A stretch of DNA of 58,186 nucleotides, counting the filler, from Barthelona sp. PAP020 (lineage: Eukaryota), in NCBI GenBank assembly GCA_040182905.1. It is 5 parts of 5 records of this genome, joined end to end, with 100 filler letters (N's around TTAATTAATTAA, not from the genome) between each part and the next. Parts side by side here need not be neighbours in the genome. Positions count along the whole stretch, not along the records: positions 23,350 to 34,882 come from JARQWU010000371.1; positions 34,983 to 46,639 come from JARQWU010000372.1; 3 more parts are not named here. One strand, 5' to 3'. Below are positions 31,541 to 41,490 of this stretch, piece by piece; the stretch's first letter is position 1, and each line of letters starts with the position of its first letter. A program made the position numbers and the translations under genes. Below the pieces are notes generated by a model. The model ran no database searches, had not been told where the DNA came from, and saw only the letters and a program-made list of their open reading frames with translations.

Positions 31541-34312
31541 ATGGATACAATTCAATCTGCTTGGAGATTTGTGCAATTATTTAGTGCTAAACGTTTTAAT
31601 TTAGTTGATTATGAAATTAAACCAAATGATTTAATACAAATTGGTGATTATTTAGCTATAGGAGATTCTGAAGGACATATAACATTTTATAATCGTGCCA
31701 TAATTAATGTTAAAACCATTTCTACATCTGAACAGATTTTTAAAATTTTTTATGAACCCTTTTATTATTTAAAAGAGACAAAGGAACATTTTTTTTATGT
31801 ATTTTGTAATTCTGATGGACAAAATTTTTTAAAATGTTACAGTTTTTCAAACATTCAAAGTATTCGTTTGATTGGAGTTTTAACATTTTCAAATGATGTC
31901 ATGATCACTCATTTAACTGTTCATCGTAATTTTAAATATATTACTTTTGGTTATAATAATTCAACGATTAATATTTTGTCTGGAAACATTCTCTCTCTTA
32001 GTTTAGAGAAAATTCCTTTCGTGTCACCGATAGATAATGCTGAAATGTCATTACCTATTGAAGGAGAAATCAAAGGACTAGTTTTTCATCCTAATACGTT
32101 TCTTTTAGCGGTAGTACGTACAAAGATGATAATATTGGTAACATTCCATCCCAAATTTAGCTTTTTAACTTATGAAAGTACACAACAAGGGGTTCTTTGG
32201 TATCCTGAAGAGAATTCAAATCCCTTATTGGTCGCTAGTAGTCAATTTAATGATGGTGATGCAGGGTTTTCTGTTCATTGTCAAAACTCGTATAATTACT
32301 TCTTTTATTGGAACGATGCTATGAAGACATGTTTTATGCCTCGATGTGTGTATGAAACAAAGACATTAGATAGGTTAGGTTACATATTAAACGGGGTTAA
32401 CATTGGTATTTATAGTGTGAAGCGAAAGAATTCGCTATTTCACATTTTTTATTCTGCAAGCAACTTTGACCTAAAATTTTTAGGTTTTCAGACAACGTTT
32501 AATCAACCCATTTTGATGATGACGTCCTTTTTTGACAGTTTCATCTTGATGTTTGAGATGGAAGATGGAAAGTATGTGTTTGAAAAGATTTCGCCAGTGT
32601 CTGCTTCCCAAAAGATTGACAATTTTTGTAAACGTGGATATTTTCAAGAAGCTCTACGTTACATTGACAGTATTGAGATGGAGAAGTTGGATAATAGAAA
32701 TAACAATAATAGTATGCTTGATATCAATGTGAAAGAGTTGAGAACAGCTGTAAAACATCAGTATGCCCAATATTTATTAAGTAACAAGAAATATGAGTTA
32801 GCGATGAATGAATATTTGTCTATCATTGATGATATTTCTTCTTCATTAGTTGTTAAAGCATTCTTAGAAGTAGCGGAATTTGAGCAATTGCTTAGATTCT
32901 TACGTGTTGTGTGGAGTCATGGTTTGGCAACTTTTGATCATGTAACGTTACTTCTAACATGTTGTGTGAAATTGAACAACTATGAAGAAATGAAAAAATA
33001 TTTGCATGAATTTGGTTCCATTGATGAGTGTGGTTTGCTAGAGAGATATAGTGCTGGTGAAAAGATTGAATTGTTGAAAAAAATAATAGCAACTTCTGAT
33101 GATGATGCTACTATCAACATCGTTTTTGAACAATCTTGTGCATTGGCATTGAATAATGAACTCCATGAAGAATATATAGGTTTGTTGTTACTTCATTCAG
33201 ATTCTGAAAGCATTGAAAAGGCATTAAATTATTTGGTCCATGAGGCTGAAACAAGTCCAACAACGGTTATCAGGGTTTTTCAAGACTCTCAATGTTATCG
33301 ATTGATTGAATATAGACCTCAGGCCATGCTGGATTTAGTTTTGAAATTGCCCATTTTCCATAAGGATAATATGGACCAATTGATCTATATTTCTCATCTA
33401 TTCACTACTTATCCATTCAGTTTATATCGGTTTGTGGCCTTTGCTGAGAAAGAAATGGGCTTTTTACCTGCTCCATTGATGACCATATTATGTGAAGCAT
33501 CTTTCAGATATTTAAAGACGTTAGGAGATAAAGATGACGCAGTTGAAAATTTTAGAGGGAGAAAATGGGACGTGGATAAGATGGATCTGAATTCTATTCG
33601 TTTGTTGGCGTTGAGTTATGATCGACCAGATATTTTGACAAGCATTGATACCACAACATCAGACCCCATGGCATATTTATCAAGTGGAAAACCAACTGAA
33701 ACACACACTGTTTTACACATGACACGTGCCCTTACTCATCAAAGACCTATCAGTCTTGGGTCCAACATTAATCAAGAAATGATCATGTTATTGACGATTT
33801 TGGACGATATGATTGGTTATGAAAACAAAAATAATGATTTATTCGTTAGGTTCCTAGAAGAAGTTGAGATTGAGCCTATTCTATTGTTATTAAAAAGGTT
33901 TGTTGATAATGAAAACACTCAATTGGGTCATGTTAAGAGCTTTTTACAATCTTTCTTGATTGAAGAGACAAAACAGACGGAATTATTGAAAACTAATGTG
34001 GAAGAACTAAAGGAAAAGATCGCAAATTTAGAAAATGAATTGGCGGAATTGGAAATGCCACAATCGTTCCAAAAATCTATTTGTTCAAAATGTGGTAAAG
34101 AACTGACGATTCCAACCATTCATTTCTTATGTGGACACAGTTTTCATCAAGAGACTTGTTATGAAAAAGGCCCTTGTCCTATTTGTCATGAAAGCGATGG
34201 TATTGATTTGCCTGATATTCGAACATTTACCGAAGCTGATATTTTAAAGGAATTGGACAGTAATGATAAAGAATCGTTGGCAAATCTAATCGCTCAAGGT
34301 GTATTTCAATAA
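31541..34312 (+). CDS. VPS11: HOPS/CORVET core subunit VPS11
   Basis: N-terminal propeller, YAQYL..K..YELAM.EY, HVTLLLTCCVKL, coiled coil, FQ...CSKC..L..P.IHFLCGHSFH RING-H2. Confidence 0.88.
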   Translation: MDTIQSAWRFVQLFSAKRFNLVDYEIKPNDLIQIGDYLAIGDSEGHITFYNRAIINVKTISTSEQIFKIFYEPFYYLKETKEHFFYVFCNSDGQNFLKCYSFSNIQSIRLIGVLTFSNDVMITHLTVHRNFKYITFGYNNSTINILSGNILSLSLEKIPFVSPIDNAEMSLPIEGEIKGLVFHPNTFLLAVVRTKMIILVTFHPKFSFLTYESTQQGVLWYPEENSNPLLVASSQFNDGDAGFSVHCQNSYNYFFYWNDAMKTCFMPRCVYETKTLDRLGYILNGVNIGIYSVKRKNSLFHIFYSASNFDLKFLGFQTTFNQPILMMTSFFDSFILMFEMEDGKYVFEKISPVSASQKIDNFCKRGYFQEALRYIDSIEMEKLDNRNNNNSMLDINVKELRTAVKHQYAQYLLSNKKYELAMNEYLSIIDDISSSLVVKAFLEVAEFEQLLRFLRVVWSHGLATFDHVTLLLTCCVKLNNYEEMKKYLHEFGSIDECGLLERYSAGEKIELLKKIIATSDDDATINIVFEQSCALALNNELHEEYIGLLLLHSDSESIEKALNYLVHEAETSPTTVIRVFQDSQCYRLIEYRPQAMLDLVLKLPIFHKDNMDQLIYISHLFTTYPFSLYRFVAFAEKEMGFLPAPLMTILCEASFRYLKTLGDKDDAVENFRGRKWDVDKMDLNSIRLLALSYDRPDILTSIDTTTSDPMAYLSSGKPTETHTVLHMTRALTHQRPISLGSNINQEMIMLLTILDDMIGYENKNNDLFVRFLEEVEIEPILLLLKRFVDNENTQLGHVKSFLQSFLIEETKQTELLKTNVEELKEKIANLENELAELEMPQSFQKSICSKCGKELTIPTIHFLCGHSFHQETCYEKGPCPICHESDGIDLPDIRTFTEADILKELDSNDKESLANLIAQGVFQ

Positions 34313-34602
34313 TAACCCAACTTAATTTGGGTTAAAACATATTTTTAAGAAATTTGGGCAATGGCATGAGGTGTTGTGATTTGTAAATAATGTGAAATTT
34401 GTTTTTAGTTGTATGGCATACATTGGTTATGCTTCTATCTATGAATGTCAAAACTTGAAAGAATTCATCAAATCAAGTGCAAAATAGATCAACAAAGAAT
34501 ATCCAAGTTTTAAAAGAGAACATAAGCGGAGATATTAAAGTGAATCAAGGGGCCAAAAGAAAGTATTACACTATTCTTTAAAAAACCGCCCCATCTAAAC
34601 CG

Positions 34603-34736
34603 AAAGCATTTCTTTTTAAGAGTGTTCTGAACAATCCACGCCAAACGACTCAGTTGCAAGTACCCTCAAACTCTAACCGAGAACACTAAAGATCTTTATA
34701 AGCATTTATTATTATGAAGCGTAGCGGGCATTTCAC
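34603..34736. repeat. Dispersed repeat of about 135 bp, copy A
   Basis: Aligns with 46383-46527; core TCTTTATAAGC(A/G)TTTATTATTATG is 23/24 identical. Confidence 0.8.
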
Positions 34737-34882
34737 AAGGAGGGAAAAAGAAAAGCGTGAAGAAATGCACCAGAATTTGAATCAAGCAAAATTTCTCGTA
34801 TTTCAAAATTTATCAAATAATAAAACAACTAGTTGAGCTTAAGACAAATAAGAATCTAATGTTACTGGCTAATAAAGAATCT

Positions 34883-34982
34883 NNNNNNNNNNNNNNNNNN
34901 NNNNNNNNNNNNNNNNNNNNNNNNNNTTAATTAATTAANNNNNNNNNNNNNNNNNNNNNNNNNNNNNNNNNNNNNNNNNNNN
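34883..34982. other. Artificial contig linker
   Basis: N44-TTAATTAATTAA-N44. Confidence 0.97.
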
Positions 34983-35186
34983 GACTGTATGATCACGAGA
35001 CCCAGTGACCATATAATCACCATTCTTGCTCAATGAAAAACCAGTTAAATCAAACTTATGATCATCTATTTCTCTTTCAACTTTGAAATGCTCATTGTGT
35101 CGATAAATTGAGTATTCAGGTTTTTGTGCACATGCAAGATCAACAATTAAAAAGGTAATAACAAAACATATTAAACTGAAATGCAT
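34983..35186 (-). CDS. Signal-peptide-bearing WD40 protein, 3'-truncated
   Basis: MHFSLICFVITFLIVDLACA signal-like segment, then DHKFDLTGFSLSKNGDYMVTGSRDHTV WD repeat. Confidence 0.65.
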
Positions 35187-35364
35187 TGTAAAAACCAAAA
35201 CTGAGAAAATGACTTCAAAAATTTCTTTTTTTCATTTATCACACTCATTTGTAATTAATATGATGAAGTAAACTCTTAAATAATCTTTAAAAGATGAAAA
35301 ATCAACAAGAAGCCAAATTAAACAGAATCTTTGATCCTATCTAAAAATAATCATTTTTTTTACA

Positions 35365-35598
35365 ATGGATATCAATAATGAGGAATTATTTGACTATATT
35401 ATTCTGTATATAGCATATGGTTTTTTAGGAATTTTGGGAGTTGCGTTATTCATTCTTTTTTGTGCAATTTGCAAAAAACATTGTTGTCAACCAAAAGAAG
35501 AATATGAAGAAACAGAATCTTTGCCAAATCAATCAACCTTCGAGCGAAATTTAATTGAACAAAACAATAAAACCAAAAATAAATATTCTTACACATAA
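35365..35598 (+). CDS. Small single-pass membrane protein with Cys-rich juxtamembrane tail
   Basis: 77 aa; one TM segment followed by CAICKKHCC. Confidence 0.6.
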   Translation: MDINNEELFDYIILYIAYGFLGILGVALFILFCAICKKHCCQPKEEYEETESLPNQSTFERNLIEQNNKTKNKYSYT

Positions 35599-35781
35599 TA
35601 TTGTATATCATCTTCCAAATCAAAAATAAACATTTTACATTAACCCCAATTTATTTCAAATTATTTTTTTTTTGTATCTTTTGAACTGTTTGAAGGTCTT
35701 CAACAACAAAAAAAAAAAATCAACATTTATAATAACTATTAATTCATTTAACTGTTTGTTAAATAGTACAAACAATGATAA

Positions 35782-36789
35782 TTACATTTGCAACCTTGTT
35801 AAAGCCTCAATTAACAAATTCTTTTCCTCCAAACTAGTTTGATCATCTTCAACATTATAATTATTCAAAAAGTGCAATAAAGGGTCCTTATTTCTAAAAA
35901 GCATTTCTATAACTTCCATATTTTTTTGAGGATAAGCAACATAAATTTTCAGAATATAAAATGCTTCAGATTGAATAGTTTCATAAGTAGAAACTACCAA
36001 TCTCATAATACTCTTTAAAACTCTAATGTCGTCCAAAAACCTCTGCATTAACTTGTAACTCTTTCTATTGAAAACACCCTCAGATAATAATTGCAAAGCT
36101 CTTCTTTGAGTTGCATAGTTCTCAGATTTTAGAGAGTTCAAAAAACGATTAGCAAAGATTTCATAATTATTCAAAATATATTCTTCAGCAATTTTACGAT
36201 GTTTTACAAACAAAACATTCAAAACCGAATACACCTCAGAACTAACATCAAAAGAAGAAGAATTTAATAACTCAAATAATAAATCAAGATCAGAATTCAA
36301 TGCCAATTGCAAAATAACTTGATGTCTGATACCTTCCTGAATCATCGAACTAAAATACACAAAATCAGCAGTAGCCATTCCAGAAATCAATAAATTTATA
36401 AAATGATATGCATTATCTTGAGTCACATCAGTTTCCATCAAATGATGAACCAAGCGATATTCGTTATCTATTTTCAAATGCATCAAATTGTTAAAAATAT
36501 AAACAAATACTTGTTTTGACTCACTACTTAAATAGGAAAAGGATTCTAATGAAGTTTCAACAAATCTTGTTGATGTAAAGATCTCTGCCAAATTTCTAAC
36601 CTTTACAGGATCAACTAAATCGTCATCCGTGCCATATAAAATATTTTTCATAATATTTAATGCCTCATCAACTTGCTTTGCTACATCTTCTTTTTGACTT
36701 TCCTCACAAGTCGCTAATTTCGATAAATTACTATAATATGAATTCACCAATTGTGGTAAATCAATACTTGGCTTGCCAAACAATCCCAT
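35782..36789 (-). CDS. MO25: Mo25/CAB39 armadillo-like kinase scaffold
   Basis: MKNILYG, FDVSSE, SENYATQRRALQLL, IQSEAFYILKIYVAYPQK, EEKNLLI; ATG at 36789. Confidence 0.9.
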   Translation of the reverse strand: MGLFGKPSIDLPQLVNSYYSNLSKLATCEESQKEDVAKQVDEALNIMKNILYGTDDDLVDPVKVRNLAEIFTSTRFVETSLESFSYLSSESKQVFVYIFNNLMHLKIDNEYRLVHHLMETDVTQDNAYHFINLLISGMATADFVYFSSMIQEGIRHQVILQLALNSDLDLLFELLNSSSFDVSSEVYSVLNVLFVKHRKIAEEYILNNYEIFANRFLNSLKSENYATQRRALQLLSEGVFNRKSYKLMQRFLDDIRVLKSIMRLVVSTYETIQSEAFYILKIYVAYPQKNMEVIEMLFRNKDPLLHFLNNYNVEDDQTSLEEKNLLIEALTRLQM

Positions 36790-37258
36790 ATTATTTTTTT
36801 CAAAAATCAAAAAAAGGGAAAGTTGATTTTTTTATTTAAAAAAATAAAAAAATGGTTTTCAACATTATTTGTTTGCATTCATGGACATAATAATTGGTAT
36901 AAATGAAATTTATTATTATTTTGTGGTTTTATTGTTTTTTCACTTTTGTTTTCTTTTTGCCTTCCTTTTCATCTTTTGTTTATCCATTAAAAAAAGTTTA
37001 TTTTTCAATGTTCTTTTAAAAATTTACTCAAAAAAAGTTTCAAACAGGAAAAATGGGAATTCAAACAATGTAATCCTACATTTGGTTTTTGAAATTCAAA
37101 TAAAACTAAAACAATTATTAACCAAGAAAATAACCCGAATTATGAGGCATTTTAAAAAAAATATAAAAAATTCAAACAAAAAAGGAAACTTTCAATTTTT
37201 TGTTCATTTCCCAAACTGTTTTTTTCTTTTTTTCAATTGTATGTTTTATTTGTCTTTT

Positions 37259-37355
37259 TGAATGATGAAAATTATGTTCCTCTCGCTTGAGCCTGTTCAG
37301 TTATTGTCAATTTTTATATAACAGGTAATGAGGATCGTACATATTTTGCTGATCA
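37259..37355 (+). ncRNA. Candidate box C/D snoRNA; D' guide antisense to the LSU rRNA sarcin-ricin loop
   Basis: Box C ATGATGA 37262-37268; guide GTTCCTCTCG 37276-37285; D' TTGA 37287-37290; internal stem CCTGTT/AACAGG; C' ATGAGGA 37328-37334; box D CTGA 37349-37352; terminal TGA/TCA stem; intergenic. Confidence 0.75.
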
Positions 37356-37506
37356 TTTTTAATTGTTTAATTTTAAAGATTCTAACTTTTAGTTGTTTTC
37401 ATAATGTTTTGTTCAATTGTTTTTAATTGTTATTCAGTTCTTCATTCAAAATATTCAATCATAAATATTTTTTTTTTTAGTTACACTTTATCAATTTGTT
37501 TATTTT

Positions 37507-37659
37507 ATGTTTAATTTACCAATACAAACCGCAAAAAAGCCAAAGACTATTTCAGAAAAGTTGGAAAGGATTCGTGAAAAGACTTTCGATTTATCATTTA
37601 AAGTTTGCGCAGCAACCGCTGTTTTAGGAATTCCAGCTTTATTATCACTGAAAAAATAG
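37507..37659 (+). CDS. 50-aa candidate tail-anchored microprotein
   Basis: MFNLPIQTAKKPKTISEKLERIREKTFDLSFKVCAATAVLGIPALLSLKK*; coding-like composition in an AT-rich region; below the ORF-track cutoff. Confidence 0.5.
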   Translation: MFNLPIQTAKKPKTISEKLERIREKTFDLSFKVCAATAVLGIPALLSLKK

Positions 37660-37949
37660 GATAAACGAGTCCAGTCAGTTTTTAAATCTGGATGTTGATG
37701 AAAAAGCGTTTTTATTTCAATTGTTTTTAAAAGTTAATCTGCTTCAATAAGTTTATAAATAAAAACTTGTTTTTGATGCATTTATTGCACTCTACCTTCT
37801 TTTTTCTTTGTTTGTTTTTTTGATGAAAGGATTGTAAAAAGAACTCACCAATTGTTGGTAATTTTTCAAGCAATGAGCCAAATTTTTTTGATGCTTCAGT
37901 ACGGAATAAAAATATTTCTTTTTCAATTTTTCCTTTTGTCATTTAAAAA

Positions 37950-38846
37950 ATGAAATTTATTGATATTGGTGCCAATCTTACAAGTGGACAATATTCAGGA
38001 TATTACTGGGGTGGAAAAACAAAACATCATGATTCGGATGTTGAAACTGTGATTCAAAGGGCTTTGGACAACAATGTGGAACATATGGTTGTTACTATTG
38101 GTTCTCTAAAAGATTTAAAAGAAGCTAAGAAATTGTTTTCGAATGAAGCTTTATCTTTCACAATTGGAATACACCCTACAAGAGCAAAAGATGTTGCAAA
38201 CAATATTGAAAAGGTTGTAGATGGTTTATTGGAAGAATATAATCGAAATCCGGATAGATATGTTGCTGTTGGAGAACTTGGTCTTGATTATGATAGGCTA
38301 CAATTTTCTCCAATTGAAGACCAAAAAATAGTATTTGAGGCTCAATTTAAACTGGCCAATGAAACCAGGTTGCCTTTATTTTTACATAACAGAAATTCAA
38401 CTGATGATTTTATTGAAATTTTACAACGAAATATAGAAAACGGTAATGTGCATAGTTATTGTATTGTTCATTCTTTTACAGGAACAAATGAGGACCTTGA
38501 AAAATTTTTAGCTTTTCCACAAGTTTATTTTTCCATCAATGGATGTTCTTTCAAAACACAAGAGCAATGTGATGTGATGAAGAATATTCCTTTGGAAAGA
38601 CTAATGTTAGAAACTGATTGTCCCTATTGTCCTGTAAAAAGAAATTCTCCTTTGTTTGAACATGTACAAACGCATTTTCCCGCAAGCAATTCAAGAAAAT
38701 ATGATTCTTCAAAATGTGTTAAAGGACGTGTTGAACCTTGTCACATCATTCACGTTTGTGAAGCATTTGCTGGTTTAACGAATCGAAGCCCTTCTGAAAT
38801 TGCAGAAACTTGTTATGAAAATACAAAAAAAGTGTTTAATCTATAA
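37950..38846 (+). CDS. TATDN1: TatD-family deoxyribonuclease (TATDN1-like)
   Basis: FIDIGANLT, GIHPT, GELGLDYDRL, LPLFLHNR, VHSFTG, LETDCPY, GRVEP. Confidence 0.93.
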   Translation: MKFIDIGANLTSGQYSGYYWGGKTKHHDSDVETVIQRALDNNVEHMVVTIGSLKDLKEAKKLFSNEALSFTIGIHPTRAKDVANNIEKVVDGLLEEYNRNPDRYVAVGELGLDYDRLQFSPIEDQKIVFEAQFKLANETRLPLFLHNRNSTDDFIEILQRNIENGNVHSYCIVHSFTGTNEDLEKFLAFPQVYFSINGCSFKTQEQCDVMKNIPLERLMLETDCPYCPVKRNSPLFEHVQTHFPASNSRKYDSSKCVKGRVEPCHIIHVCEAFAGLTNRSPSEIAETCYENTKKVFNL

Positions 38847-39451
38847 AACAAACAGCAAAAAAAAATTTTTTTTTTTTTTAGCAAATAAATCTTCCTTTTT
38901 AGGTCATTAATTTTCTTTAATGATCATTGAAAAATACGTTATTGCTTTTTTATTGTTTATTGAGTCTTAAAAGAACACTTTTTACAACAACACAGTTTTT
39001 TTTCTTCTCTTTCAGTTGAGAATGTTCAATTTGAAAACTGAAAACTCAAAAATTGTTATAAATTTTTCACCTATTGTGGCCAATATATTAATAAAACAAT
39101 GAATGAAATTTTCATCACAAATGTATTGAGTCCGAAAAAAAAAATTGTTTTTTTGGATTTCTCAATGAATTTGATCAAAATAACACACCTACAGTTCATA
39201 TAAAGCATTATTTTACAACAATCAGAATCATTCAAAAAAATTTCCTCCCCTTCTTTTAAGACAGTGAGGAAGATTTCATTCAACAAATTATTATTTTATA
39301 TTTTTATTGCAAGTACATGGAGATCAGTCAATTACTAAATAATCTCAAATGAACAAGGTATTATGAAATAGTTGAAATTGTTTGAAAAATCCAAAATTAT
39401 GAAATTTTTAAATGTTTTTTAAATTCCACTTTTCTTTTTATCATTTAGACA

Positions 39452-40187
39452 ATGAACGACAAGCAAAAACCTTATGGTAATCCTTCCCCTTTAGGATTAA
39501 TCAGTCTCGCTTTGGCAACATGTGTTGCCTGCACTTCAAAACTCCATGTTACTGATGGTGTTGCTGGTGTTATTCCTTGGGTTATTTTTTTAGGTGCTGT
39601 TGGACAATTTATTGCAGGTTTTTGTGATTTACGTTGTGGAAATACCTTTGGTGCTACTGCCTTTTTAACGTTGGATTTTTAAATTGAAGAATAGGAAACT
39701 AACTTATAGTTATGGTTTATTCTGGTTTGCCACTTCCATGACTTGGTTAATGGGTCTTGGATCTTTTGGAGCGGAAGCCAAAGCTGCTATGGATGGTAAT
39801 CAACTAGGTTTTGCTTTCCTCGGTTACACTGTGTTTTCTGTCATTATGACAATTGGAACTATTCAAACTAATGTTGCTCTTTTTGTTATTTTTATTGAAC
39901 TCGACTGTCTATTTTTCGGACTTACTTTGCAAGTTCTTTGTGATTGCGAATGGGCCTCTCATTTAGCTGCTTATTCTGAAATGTGCTGTTCAATCACTGC
40001 CTTCTACGCGTTTGCAGCCAATTTATTAAATGAACATTTTGGAATCACTTTCCTTCCAATTGGTGGACCTTTAAAAGTATTTAACAAGTATGAAGAAGAA
40101 CATATAGATGCTGGATCTGAAGCTATTGTCCTTGAAAGTCAATCTCTTACTCCTGAATTAAAGGAAATAACTATTGATGATCAATAA
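39452..40187 (+). CDS. SatP/YaaH/GPR1-FUN34 family acetate channel; two exons (39452-39669, 39710-40187)
   Basis: NPSPLGL signature, NTFGATAFLT|YGLFW restored by removing a 40-nt GT-AG intron; about 6 TM segments. Confidence 0.9.
39670..39709 (+). other. 40-nt spliceosomal intron with fused branch point/3' splice site ACTAACTTATAG
   Basis: GTTGGATTTTTAAATTGAAGAATAGGAAACTAACTTATAG; removal joins the two ORFs in frame (AC|T = Thr). Confidence 0.88.
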
Positions 40188-40281
40188 AGAATGGTTTATC
40201 ATAAAAGGTTGTTGCTTTTTTTTTTTCAATTCGTTTTCTTTTTATTGCTAATTCCCATGTTTATCAAATGGTTGTTGTGAA

Positions 40282-41490
40282 ATGTTTTGGAGTATTGAAC
40301 AGATTGATTTAGAAGGTGCAACAGAAGAAAATATCAAAGAACTTGAAAGTGAGTTCATAAAGAAATTGAACGCTGAAATGGAGAATATAAATTCCATGAC
40401 AAGCAGAGAGTTTTACGAGGGTTTTTTAAAGGATAATGAGATGAATGCACTAATTGAAATGTGTAACAGTGAAATTGAAAAAATTGATAATGATATTGAT
40501 TATATTAAGAGTTACAGAGAATTTTCTGATATGATAGGGAAGGATAATGTTGATTTGGTAAATTTTTCAGAATTGTTAGAAAAATTATCTAACAGAGAAA
40601 ATTCCTCAATAAATACGTTTTATTTCAAAAAAATAAAAAAATTAGAGCAAGAGAAACAAAAGAAAACAATGAAAGAACAAACTTTATTTGAAAAAGTTCT
40701 GATTGTGCTCAGTCAATTGGACAATTTATTGATTGAACAGTATAAAGTGGGTTCTACAACAAATAAAATGGAACATATTATTAATACAAGATTATTACCC
40801 ATACTTTTTGTTCTTGAAGAATTTTTTGCTTACAATACTGATGATGATAAAGAAATGGAAGATCGTTTTGAAGATTTGAATAAAGCGTTGCTGTTGATAA
40901 ATAATGAACTATGTTTACCAGATGTTTTCCCAAATAAGATTTCAAAACATGATTTGAGGAATTTTTTTTTAATCACTTTAGATTTAGAGGCGGTATATTA
41001 TTGTTTCAAGTCTTCAAAAAACTGTGTAATTTTAACAAATAATAGAAAAATTTTGACCAATGCAAACAAAAGATACAAGGAATCACAGACAAGATTCAAT
41101 CATCTTTTAACTCATTTTGCAATAAGTTTATTAGAAGAGAATATTGTTATCGAAAGAAGATTAATTGGTAAAGTGATGAAGTTCTTTTCTGATAACTCTT
41201 CAACCCAACAAACTCAGATGATGACAATTAATATTAATCAATTTTCAAATGATTTAATTGACTATTTCTCTGAAATAAAAGAAGCTTTGTTTGATGTATT
41301 AGATAATGACGGTTTTAATAAGCTTTTCTCTTCAATTCTTGGCTGGGTCTATAGTACAATTGAAAATAAGACTAACATCATTCCCCCAACAAAAGAACAA
41401 TTGTATAAATTATTGCCCAATGGCATAGAAACACCATCTCAATTGTTATCGCTCCTTGAAAGGCTTGAGAATGAAAAACAAAAGAGATAA
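40282..41490 (+). CDS. Uncharacterised helical/coiled-coil protein
   Basis: 402-aa ATG-initiated ORF with no recognisable motif. Confidence 0.65.
   Translation: MFWSIEQIDLEGATEENIKELESEFIKKLNAEMENINSMTSREFYEGFLKDNEMNALIEMCNSEIEKIDNDIDYIKSYREFSDMIGKDNVDLVNFSELLEKLSNRENSSINTFYFKKIKKLEQEKQKKTMKEQTLFEKVLIVLSQLDNLLIEQYKVGSTTNKMEHIINTRLLPILFVLEEFFAYNTDDDKEMEDRFEDLNKALLLINNELCLPDVFPNKISKHDLRNFFLITLDLEAVYYCFKSSKNCVILTNNRKILTNANKRYKESQTRFNHLLTHFAISLLEENIVIERRLIGKVMKFFSDNSSTQQTQMMTININQFSNDLIDYFSEIKEALFDVLDNDGFNKLFSSILGWVYSTIENKTNIIPPTKEQLYKLLPNGIETPSQLLSLLERLENEKQKR

Noticed and set aside
36869..37261. 130-aa ORF upstream of the snoRNA
   Set aside because: TTG start and F/K/N/I-rich translation of A/T tracts; typical intergenic noise
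39452..40187. Two separate ORFs, frameshift or pseudogene for the acetate channel
   Set aside because: A GT-AG intron with ACTAAC branch point restores the frame exactly
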